From: an uncultured Spirochaetota bacterium
GTDB lineage: Bacteria; Spirochaetota; Spirochaetia; SZUA-6; Fen-1364
Length of the DNA stretch: 64,000 nt
Reading direction: 5' to 3'
NCBI GenBank assembly: GCA_963845535.1
Contig: CAWJSK010000023.1
Span: 32,001 to 96,000 of the forward strand
In this document: positions 1-8,004 of the stretch, piece by piece
Layout of the letters: every line of letters starts with the position of its first letter
Position numbering within the stretch: position 1 is the first letter of the stretch
The notes under the pieces: model-generated
Told to the model about the DNA's origin: nothing
Seen by the model: the letters and a program-made list of their open reading frames with translations, nothing else
The model's database searches: none
Made by a program: the position numbers and the translations under genes

Positions 1-1225
1 GGACTTGTTCCTCAAGATCAAGTACATCGAGTACGGCCAGCAACATGACCCATTCTTCCTCAAAGTCGGCAGCCTCGAGGACATAACGATAGGCCACGGG
101 CTCGTGATGCGTGGTTTCGCAAATGACGCGGACTTCCCCACGGTGCGACACCTGGGGGTCAACATCGGCGCCGATCTGGGGGGAGGCGGGTTCGAGGCAG
201 TGGTCGGCGACGCCCTCCCGAACATCGTCAACGGCACCGTCTATCCTCCTGACGTGGTGGGGGGCAGACTCTACGTACGGCCCGTCCCCGGCTCCCGCGC
301 GGCGCTGGGGATATCGGCAATAGTGGATTTCAACCCCGCGGGGGATTTGTACTACCCAGTGTCCCCATTCCCCACGGGCCCGTCCGCCGCGGGCAACCCC
401 ATATTCTTCTTCCCGGGAGTCGACCTGGATCTGCCATTCGTAGAAAGCAACGCCTTTGGGCTGGTTTTTTTCACCGACGGAGCCTTCATGCTTCCCTACT
501 TCGGGTCTTCGAGTCCCTACTTCTCTTGGATCTCCCCTGGGTTCGCTACTGCCGCAGTCTATAGCTCTTCTTCGGCAATCCCCGTGAAGGACTGGGGGGC
601 CGCCGCTGGATTTTTCGGAAATCTGGTCATTCCTGACTTCACGTGGAGGCTCGAATACAGGATCTTCACGGGCATGTTCATGCCTGAGCTTTATGATTCG
701 GGATACAACCGCGCACGGTCGTTGTATGTGCTCAATGTTTTAGGCTACCTGTACAATCCTTCAGCTTCTCAATTCAACAACTACAACATGGGCATCTACG
801 GAGAGGCAGGGTTCAAGCTCAGCAAAGCGTTTGCGGTGAAAGCCGGCTACTTCTGGCCCTGGACCGTCAACACGTCTACGGGCGCCTGGGAGCAGGACCC
901 GAACAACCCGGACCGCTTTGTCGCGAGCTTCGAGCTGGAGAAAGGCGCCATTCCCGTGGTGAATCTCTCAGGAGCCGTGTCCTATGAGCGCACGAGCCTC
1001 TTCTATGGGAACTACGTTCCGGCCGGCTTCAATGACGCTTTGTTCAATGCGAACACCGATATCATGGCGCGGATCACCTACTCCGTGAGCCCGATCATGG
1101 ATATCTCCCTGCTGTACACCATTACGCCGGTGTTCAATGCGGATGGCACGCTGCATTATTCAGGGACAAACACGCTGCCTGACATGGCCACTTCGGTGTC
1201 GATAACCACCTCCGTTCAATTCTAG
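1..1225 (+). CDS. Hypothetical protein, 5'-truncated by window; possible outer-membrane beta-barrel
   Basis: Open frame from window edge to TAG 1223-1225; aromatic/Gly-rich alternating strands, C-terminal Phe (SVSITTSVQF). Confidence 0.6.
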   Translation, partial: DLFLKIKYIEYGQQHDPFFLKVGSLEDITIGHGLVMRGFANDADFPTVRHLGVNIGADLGGGGFEAVVGDALPNIVNGTVYPPDVVGGRLYVRPVPGSRAALGISAIVDFNPAGDLYYPVSPFPTGPSAAGNPIFFFPGVDLDLPFVESNAFGLVFFTDGAFMLPYFGSSSPYFSWISPGFATAAVYSSSSAIPVKDWGAAAGFFGNLVIPDFTWRLEYRIFTGMFMPELYDSGYNRARSLYVLNVLGYLYNPSASQFNNYNMGIYGEAGFKLSKAFAVKAGYFWPWTVNTSTGAWEQDPNNPDRFVASFELEKGAIPVVNLSGAVSYERTSLFYGNYVPAGFNDALFNANTDIMARITYSVSPIMDISLLYTITPVFNADGTLHYSGTNTLPDMATSVSITTSVQF

Positions 1226-3010
1226 ATGAATGGATCCCAGCCTCGGTCCCGAAGGATAAGGATCCTTCGGGACGAGGTCTCCCGAAAGATAGCCGCCGGC
1301 GAGGTCATTGACCGGCCGCACTCCATTGTCAGGGAGCTGTTGGAGAACGCAATCGACTCCGGCGCCGCCTCAATCGACGTATTCCTGGAAGCAGGCGGAC
1401 TCTCCCGCGTCCGCGTGGTGGATGATGGCGCGGGAATGAGCCTTGAGGACCTCGAGGTATGCTGGAAGCCCCACGCCACGTCGAAGATCGAGTCCGAGGA
1501 CGACCTGATGCGGGTGTCCACCCTGGGCTTCCGGGGGGAGGCGCTTTCGAGCATCGCCGTGTGCAGCAGGCTTTCCATCACCAGCTCGCAGGCATCGGAT
1601 GAGCCCGCGAACAGGCTGGAGGTGCTTGGCGGCGCCCTGCAAGGGTTGGAGCCATGTCAAGGGCGAAAGGGGACGGTTGTCGACGTTGGGGAGCTGTTTT
1701 TCAACTACCCTGCGCGGAAAAAGTTCCTTCGAAGCGCCTCCGCGGAATCTGCCCTGTGCAGGTCTGTCTTTACCGACCGCGCAATGTCTCACCCATCCGT
1801 GGCTTTCCGGCTGTTCACTGACGGAGAAGCAAAGCTCACGCTTCCGCCCGCCACGTTGGTCGGACGGGTCTCCCTGTGCTACGCACACCAGTTGGATGCC
1901 CGCATGCTTGCTGCATCCGCCGCTCAAGGGAATGGCTTTGCCGTGGAAGTGATTGCCGGCCGTCCTGAGCTGCGGCGCAGGGACAGGAAGCTCATCCAGG
2001 TCTTTGTGAACAGGCGCCGGGTGTCCGAGTATTCCCTCATGCAGGCCGTGGAATACGGATTCTCGGGCTTCATGCCGGGAGGATGGTACCCTGTCGCCTT
2101 TGTTTTCATTGAGATCGATCCAAGCCTGATCGACTTCAACATCCACCCCGCAAAAAAGGAAGTGCGGTTCCAGAAGATCGCGGACGTGCACTCCGCCGTT
2201 GTAAGCGCGGTAAGGGCGGGGCTCACCGGGCAGACACAGCCTCGTCAGCCTGAAGGTGAAAGCACAGGGCGGGCTGCGCCGAAAGCCTACGCTGGTTCGC
2301 AGGCTTCCGGTTCACGGCCGTCCGGTTCGCCGGCATCGGTGCCGCGGCCCTCCGCGCCATGGACGTCCGCTTCGCGAGCTTCTGCGGCTTCCGCGGTGCC
2401 AGGTCAAACGCTTCCTTTTTCCTACGCCGAAAAGAGCCAGGTCGGACTTTCGGCAGAAGCCCGGGACATCAGGTTCCTGGGACAGGCGTTCAAGGTTTTT
2501 CTGGTTTTCGAGCTGCCTGACCGTCTTCTCATCATGGACCAGCATGCGGCCCATGAACGAATCATCTTCGAACGCCTTGGAGCGCGGGCGCCGAAAATGC
2601 AGGAGATGCTTTTTCCGCTTTCTTTCGACGTGACGGAAGAGGAGGGGAGCCGTCTGGAACGCTGCCGGGAGGAGCTCTCAGGCCTCGGAATGGAGCTTGC
2701 GCGCGTGGGGAGCGCGTCCTTCGAGATAACGGCGATTTCGGATGACTTCCGACCGCTTCGGGAGGACGTGCTGGTGGAGCTGGCGCGCGGCGTAGGCGCT
2801 GAGGAATGGCGCTCGTCTCTTCTGGCAATGGCGGCGTGCAAGCTCGCAATCAAGGAAGGAGAGGTCGTGGACGCCGTTACCGCGCGCGAGCTGTGCGCGC
2901 AGGCGCTGCGCCTCAGCGTGCCCCGGTGCCCTCATGGACGCCCCATCTGGCATGAGCTGTCCGAGGAAACCCTTCGAAAGCTCGTCGACAGGCCTCCCAA
3001 GGAACGCTAG
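1226..3010 (+). CDS. mutL: DNA mismatch repair endonuclease MutL
   Basis: KIAAGEVI, ELLENAIDSGA, HATSKI, GFRGEAL ATPase motifs; C-terminal DQHAAHERIIFE, ACK and CPHGRP endonuclease motifs; QEMLFP clamp-binding motif. Confidence 0.97.
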   Translation: MNGSQPRSRRIRILRDEVSRKIAAGEVIDRPHSIVRELLENAIDSGAASIDVFLEAGGLSRVRVVDDGAGMSLEDLEVCWKPHATSKIESEDDLMRVSTLGFRGEALSSIAVCSRLSITSSQASDEPANRLEVLGGALQGLEPCQGRKGTVVDVGELFFNYPARKKFLRSASAESALCRSVFTDRAMSHPSVAFRLFTDGEAKLTLPPATLVGRVSLCYAHQLDARMLAASAAQGNGFAVEVIAGRPELRRRDRKLIQVFVNRRRVSEYSLMQAVEYGFSGFMPGGWYPVAFVFIEIDPSLIDFNIHPAKKEVRFQKIADVHSAVVSAVRAGLTGQTQPRQPEGESTGRAAPKAYAGSQASGSRPSGSPASVPRPSAPWTSASRASAASAVPGQTLPFSYAEKSQVGLSAEARDIRFLGQAFKVFLVFELPDRLLIMDQHAAHERIIFERLGARAPKMQEMLFPLSFDVTEEEGSRLERCREELSGLGMELARVGSASFEITAISDDFRPLREDVLVELARGVGAEEWRSSLLAMAACKLAIKEGEVVDAVTARELCAQALRLSVPRCPHGRPIWHELSEETLRKLVDRPPKER

Positions 3011-3023
3011 GCCGTGTCGCGCG

Positions 3024-3057
3024 AAGCGCGATCTCCGGCCTGCCAAGCGCGATCTCC
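3024..3057. repeat. 13-bp direct repeat AAGCGCGATCTCC x2 (21-bp period)
   Basis: Copies at 3024-3036 and 3045-3057 between convergent mutL and TPR gene. Confidence 0.7.
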
Positions 3058-3061
3058 CGCG

Positions 3062-5041
3062 CTATTTCATCTGGTCCAGGAGCTTCTGCGCTTCCGCTTT
3101 GACGTCTGACTTCGGGCTCTTGGCCATCACCTTGGTGAGGATGTCCTTGGCGTCCTTGTTGTTCCCTTCCTTCACCAGAATCCTGGCAAGGTTCAGGTAC
3201 GCATCCCAGTAGGTGGGATCAATGCGCAGCACCGCTATGAACGCCGTCTTTGCGTCCGTTGTCTGGCCGTTCTCCGAGTAGGCGAGGCCGAGGTTGTACT
3301 GAGTGTCACGGGCGTCGGGTTTCAGGGAAAGCGCCTTTGTGAGCTGCGTAATGCTGTCCTGGAACTGCTGCTTGTGAAGGAAGACGTTCCCGAGGTTGTT
3401 GTGCGCCTCGTACGATTCAGGGGCAATCTCGACCGCTGACTGGAGACAGGACAACGCCTGGTCGGACATCCCTTTGCTGTCATAGATGGCGCCCAGGTTG
3501 ATGAGCGCGGGGGCAAACTTGGGGTCCTTCTGCACGGCCATGCCGTAATATTTGACCGCGTCGTCCGCGTTGCCGAGCTTCTCGTTCGCCAGCCCGAGGA
3601 TGTAGGCGTTCGCCGCTGAGTCATCCATGGACTGGGCTTTTTGCGCGAACGGGAGGGCTTCCTCCGCCTTGCCGAGCTTGATCTTCACGGATGCCATGTT
3701 GTAGTTGGCGGTGGCGTTGTCGGGTTGAAGAGTAAGAGCCTTCGTGTACGAAGCCTCCGCGCTGGAGAAATCAGCCCTGGTCATGTACGCCGTGCCAAGC
3801 TCGCGAAGGAAGCCGGGGTTGTCCGGCGCGTACTGCGCGGCCTGCTTGAGGTTGTCCACGGCGCCGGCGCTGTCCCCCTTCTGCTCGAGCAGGTTTCCAA
3901 TCATGTAATAGGCGTCGGCGAAATCCCTCTTGGTGGCGATGGCGGACTTGAACGCGTCGATGGCCTTCGATGCGTCCCCCGTCTGCACGAGGCTCATGCC
4001 CTTGTTGAAATGGGCGGAGGTGAAGTCCGGCCGCAGCCGCACGCACGCGTCGAACGATTTGGCGGCGTCAGGAAACAGGTGGGCCCGGTATTGGAGCTTG
4101 CCGAGGGCGAAAAGGGTGTCCACATCGTCGGGGTTCAGCCGTGCGGCGGTCTTGTATTCCCTCATCGCGTCGTCAGCCAGTTTCCTGCTGTCATAGATCT
4201 CCCCGAGGGTCCGGTGAGGGAGCCAGAAATCGGGGTTCTTGTCGATTGCCTTTTTGGACAGGTCCACTGCTTTCTGGACGTTCGAGGGGTTCGAGGGGTC
4301 TTCGCGGAGGTAGGAAAGGCCGGCGTAGGCAAGCGCGTTGGCGTTTCCCGGGTCAAGGGCGGCGGCTTGCTCGAAGTCCTTCCGGGCTTCGGTGTAGCGT
4401 CCGGCATTGAAGGCTGCCGCTCCTTGCTGCAGCAGGTCCTGGACCTTCTTCTGGCGTTCTTTCTCAGCCGTCGTGGCATTCTCCGCGGCCGTTTTCTCCG
4501 GCGGTTGCTGGATCACGATCTTCTGCGGTTGGTTCAACTTCGCCCCCAGCTCGTTCAGCCCGGCGCGAAGCTGCTGCTGCTGCGCAAGCAGCGCGGAAAG
4601 CTCCTGCTGACGGGCCGCATCGTCGGCCGTCTTCTTCCTCGCAAGGACGTCATCCAGGACCTGCTTCACCTTCGGATTGTCGATGTCCAGGCCGTTGAGG
4701 ATCTTGAGCGCTTCCTCGTATTCGCCCTTGTCTTCGTAATACGCCGCCTGCTTCAGGCTTTCGGTCACCCGGCCGGCGTCCGCTGATTTTTTCAGCGTCA
4801 CGCCGAGGAATGCTCCGCCTCCGGCCAGCAAACACAGAAGGATGATTCCCGCTATGATCAGGCCCCGGGGGCGGCTCGACCTTTTTTGAGTCGCCGTGCT
4901 GTCAGATGCGGGAGGGCTGGGCGTTCGACCTGATGTCGACGAGCTTGCGCGGCTGCGGGCCGGCGCGCTTTCGCGGCCGGGACGGCCTTTTCCTGAGGGC
5001 TTGTCGGGGATTGCGCCGCGACCGGGGGCAGGTGTTTTCAT
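3062..5041 (-). CDS. Membrane-anchored tetratricopeptide repeat protein
   Basis: Low-complexity N-terminus, one TM helix (LIIAGIILLCLLAGGGAFLG), coiled coil, then more than 10 TPRs. Confidence 0.88.
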   Translation of the reverse strand: MKTPAPGRGAIPDKPSGKGRPGRESAPARSRASSSTSGRTPSPPASDSTATQKRSSRPRGLIIAGIILLCLLAGGGAFLGVTLKKSADAGRVTESLKQAAYYEDKGEYEEALKILNGLDIDNPKVKQVLDDVLARKKTADDAARQQELSALLAQQQQLRAGLNELGAKLNQPQKIVIQQPPEKTAAENATTAEKERQKKVQDLLQQGAAAFNAGRYTEARKDFEQAAALDPGNANALAYAGLSYLREDPSNPSNVQKAVDLSKKAIDKNPDFWLPHRTLGEIYDSRKLADDAMREYKTAARLNPDDVDTLFALGKLQYRAHLFPDAAKSFDACVRLRPDFTSAHFNKGMSLVQTGDASKAIDAFKSAIATKRDFADAYYMIGNLLEQKGDSAGAVDNLKQAAQYAPDNPGFLRELGTAYMTRADFSSAEASYTKALTLQPDNATANYNMASVKIKLGKAEEALPFAQKAQSMDDSAANAYILGLANEKLGNADDAVKYYGMAVQKDPKFAPALINLGAIYDSKGMSDQALSCLQSAVEIAPESYEAHNNLGNVFLHKQQFQDSITQLTKALSLKPDARDTQYNLGLAYSENGQTTDAKTAFIAVLRIDPTYWDAYLNLARILVKEGNNKDAKDILTKVMAKSPKSDVKAEAQKLLDQMK

Positions 5042-5043
5042 TT

Positions 5044-5727
5044 TCAGTCCTTGATGTCGACGTTGACGGGGTCGTTTTTGGCTTTGATCGACTCCACGGA
5101 GAGGTTCTTGGTGTCGTCTCCGGCGTTATTGAGGCTGCTCATGACGTCATTCATGAGCGCCTTCTGCCGCGCGAGCTCGTCCTCCTGGGCTTTCTGTTTC
5201 GCTTCCTTCATCTGCCCGAGGAGGCGGATGAGCTCCTCGATCTTGGGCCGCTGCGGGTCCTGCGGCTGAAGCTGCAGGAAAACGGTATAATCATTCACCG
5301 CGCCGTCATAGCTCTGGAGCTGCATTCTGGCTTGTGCCCTGTTCAGGTACCCTTCCGCGAGGTTCTTGTTCACGTCGAGGGCTTGCGAGTACATCTGCTC
5401 CGCCAGGGCGTAGTCTTTGCGCGCGAACATGTCGTTGCCGATGTTGTAGTACATGAGGTCCTTGTAGGAGGCGGAAATCGAAAGACCCCGCTTGAGGACG
5501 TCGATTGCCTTGTCCAGGTCGCCGAGCTGCTGGTAGACAATGCCCAGGTACAGATAGACCTTCTCGTTCGAGGGGTCATCGTTCAGGGCGCTTTCCAGAA
5601 GTGGCTCGGCCTCGCGCGGCTGGTTCTGGATGAAAAGCGCCTCGCCCTTCTCGAAAAAGTTGGAAGCGCTGAACGCCGGCAACCCTGCCAGCAGGATTAC
5701 CAAAATGAAAGCTATTCGCCTTGACAT
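5044..5727 (-). CDS. Secreted TPR protein
   Basis: Start moved to ATG 5727 (MSRRIAFILVILLAGLPAFSA signal peptide, upstream AAGGGG); about 4 TPRs. Confidence 0.85.
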   Translation of the reverse strand: MSRRIAFILVILLAGLPAFSASNFFEKGEALFIQNQPREAEPLLESALNDDPSNEKVYLYLGIVYQQLGDLDKAIDVLKRGLSISASYKDLMYYNIGNDMFARKDYALAEQMYSQALDVNKNLAEGYLNRAQARMQLQSYDGAVNDYTVFLQLQPQDPQRPKIEELIRLLGQMKEAKQKAQEDELARQKALMNDVMSSLNNAGDDTKNLSVESIKAKNDPVNVDIKD

Positions 5728-5952
5728 CTCACGGTCCCCTTCTAGTATACCTCGCCAGGCCACTCGCGCACAGGCATCCGCCCGCGGGCACTCGCGGAAG
5801 CGGGGGGCGGCATCGGCGCGCCGTCGGCTGCGCACTGTTTTCCCGCGCCTCGACTCCCGCAATCCCCCTCTTTCAATCGTCGGCATGCCAGCCGCGCGCC
5901 TGAATTGCGCCCAGAATGATCCGTCCGGCAGTAACGCCCCGGCTACTCTCCG

Positions 5953-5981
5953 TTGAAGCGCCCCCGGGGATTCACTATATT
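5953..5981 (+). promoter_or_regulatory. sigma70-like promoter TTGAAG-N17-TATATT for the metallophosphoesterase operon
   Basis: -35 at 5953-5958, -10 at 5976-5981, ATG at 5996. Confidence 0.6.
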
Positions 5982-5995
5982 GGGATGCAAACAGG

Positions 5996-6652
5996 ATGAA
6001 GGTTCTTTGCATCGCTGACCACATTGACCCTGTAATCTACAGTGCCAACCTGAAAGCCAGGTTTGCTGACGTAGACCTCGTGCTGAGCGCGGGAGACCTC
6101 GCGCTGGAGTACTATGATTTCATCGTGAGCACCTTGAACAAACCGCTTCTCTTCGTTTTCGGAAACCATCATCTCGAGGGACGCTCGGACCAGAGGCGCG
6201 ACCCTTTTGAAGAGGCAACACCTTCCTGGCAGCGCGGCGTGGGGGCCACCTGCGTGGAAGGCAAGGTTGTCCGGGTGAAGGGCCTGATCATCGCCGGCCT
6301 GGGAGGGAGCATCTGGTACAACGGCGGGGACAACCAGTACAGCGATTTCTCCATGTCGCTCGTCATCCTGAGGCTTCTTCCCCGCATGCTCTGGAACCGG
6401 ATGGTGCACGGGAGGTACCTGGACATCCTGCTCACCCATTCGCCTCCGTACGGCATCAACGACCTTCCGGATGCCTGCCACACGGGGTTTCGCGTCTTCC
6501 TCTGGTTCATGAGGCGCTTCCACCCCGCGTATCTCGTTCACGGGCACGTGCACCTGTATGACCGGAATGCCGCGCGTGAGGCGATGTACGCTGGAACGAT
6601 CGTGCTCAACGCGTATGATCACACAATGTTGAACCTGGAGGTCTCCCGATGA
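5996..6652 (+). CDS. Calcineurin-like metallophosphoesterase
   Basis: IADH, AGD, GNH, THSPP, HGHVH motifs. Confidence 0.92.
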   Translation: MKVLCIADHIDPVIYSANLKARFADVDLVLSAGDLALEYYDFIVSTLNKPLLFVFGNHHLEGRSDQRRDPFEEATPSWQRGVGATCVEGKVVRVKGLIIAGLGGSIWYNGGDNQYSDFSMSLVILRLLPRMLWNRMVHGRYLDILLTHSPPYGINDLPDACHTGFRVFLWFMRRFHPAYLVHGHVHLYDRNAAREAMYAGTIVLNAYDHTMLNLEVSR

Positions 6653-7581
6653 GCGGCGGGAACATGTACTCATCCATGACGCGTCAGGACTTCAGCAGGG
6701 TCCGCATGAAAGAGACGCTGGGGCGGATCCTTGCGCTGCTGCAGCCGCAGAAAGACGAGATGCTTTCCCTGGGGGACATTCGCAGCCTCCTCCGACCGGA
6801 ATCGGAGACCTACAAGGGAATGCAGACCGTGCGCATAGCAAAGATCGTGGGAAGCGAGGGTCGATACAAGGACTTCAACAAGGCGTTCCTGCCCCGGCAC
6901 GACAAGCTGATGCGCCGCTGGATGAGCGTGGATGAGGCGCACTACCGCAACATCATCCTGCCCCCCATCAAGCTCTTCGAGATAGGCGGCGCGTATTTCG
7001 TGCGGGACGGCAACCACCGGGTCTCTGTTGCCAAGGCGCAGGGGGCGGAGTTCATCGATGCCGAGGTCATTTCGCTTTCCTCCGAGATCCTGCTCACGCC
7101 GGGGATGACGAGGGACGAGATCAAGCGCGCGGTGATCGGGTTCGAGAAGAGCAGGTTCTTCCAGACCACGAAGCTCGACCGTCACCGGCCGGACTGCTCC
7201 CTGGAGTTCACGGAGATCGGGCGCTACGACGAGCTGCTCTCCCACATCCGGGAGCACAAATGGTACATCAACCTGGACAAGCCGGAGGAGATTCCTTTCG
7301 ATGAGGCGGCCGTCTCGTGGTACGACAGAGTGTATGCCCCCATCATCGCGATCATCCGGGAGAGCAACCTCATCTCCCGTTTTCCCGGCGCCACGGAGGC
7401 TGACCTGTACGTCTATATCGGCAAGCATTGGGCGGAGTTGAACGCGCGCTTCGGGCCCCTTTTCACCCTCGAGGAGGCGGCGGAGGATCTTTCCACGGTC
7501 CGACGCAGGTACGGAGCGCTGGGGGCCGCGCGCGCGCTGATTGCGCGCCTGGGAGCCGTCCTCCGGGGTCGAAGAAAGTAG
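6649..7581 (+). CDS. ParB/Srx-like domain protein (DUF4032-like)
   Basis: IVGS..RY.DF, LPPIKL, YFVRDGNHRVSVA ParB/Srx-like motif, HKWY motif; ATGA overlap with upstream gene. Confidence 0.82.
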   Translation: MSGGNMYSSMTRQDFSRVRMKETLGRILALLQPQKDEMLSLGDIRSLLRPESETYKGMQTVRIAKIVGSEGRYKDFNKAFLPRHDKLMRRWMSVDEAHYRNIILPPIKLFEIGGAYFVRDGNHRVSVAKAQGAEFIDAEVISLSSEILLTPGMTRDEIKRAVIGFEKSRFFQTTKLDRHRPDCSLEFTEIGRYDELLSHIREHKWYINLDKPEEIPFDEAAVSWYDRVYAPIIAIIRESNLISRFPGATEADLYVYIGKHWAELNARFGPLFTLEEAAEDLSTVRRRYGALGAARALIARLGAVLRGRRK

Positions 7582-7598
7582 GCCCGGACGGAAGCCCG

Positions 7599-7988
7599 TC
7601 AGTTCCCCTGCACGAAGTCCAGGTAGTCTTTTTCCGATAGAAGGGAGTCGAGCTCCGAGGGGGTCTCGACTTCCAGGTCGAACAACCACCCGCTGCCCAG
7701 AGGGTCGCTGTTGATGAGGCCGCAGTTTTCCTCGGTCTCCACGGAAGAGTTCACGTCCACCACCGTTCCCGAGACTGGGCAATAGATCTCACTCGAGGTC
7801 TTCATGGAGTCGACTGTGCATCCGACTTCCCCGCGGACAAGCCGCTTCCCGACCGTGGGCAGCTCCACGTAGGCAATCTCCCCCAACTCCTTCTGCGCGA
7901 AATCGGAGATGCCGACCCTTGCCCTGGCCCCCATGACGAGGACCCATGCGTGATCTTTCGTGTACAACCGCGCGGCGCCTGCTTGCAT
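7599..7988 (-). CDS. gcvH: Glycine cleavage system H protein (lipoyl carrier)
   Basis: YTKDHAW, VGISDFAQKELG, lipoyl-Lys motif VDSMKT, INSDP..SGWL. Confidence 0.92.
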   Translation of the reverse strand: MQAGAARLYTKDHAWVLVMGARARVGISDFAQKELGEIAYVELPTVGKRLVRGEVGCTVDSMKTSSEIYCPVSGTVVDVNSSVETEENCGLINSDPLGSGWLFDLEVETPSELDSLLSEKDYLDFVQGN

Positions 7989-8004
7989 GGAGTCCCCCGT
8001 CGGC

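Noticed and set aside
3062..5727. TPR proteins as O-GlcNAc transferase partners of the GNAT-GH20 fusion
   Set aside because: TPR-only proteins with TM or signal peptides and no GT41 domain
5728..5952. GC-rich intergenic region as an ncRNA
   Set aside because: No convincing terminator or recognisable motif; explained by divergent promoters
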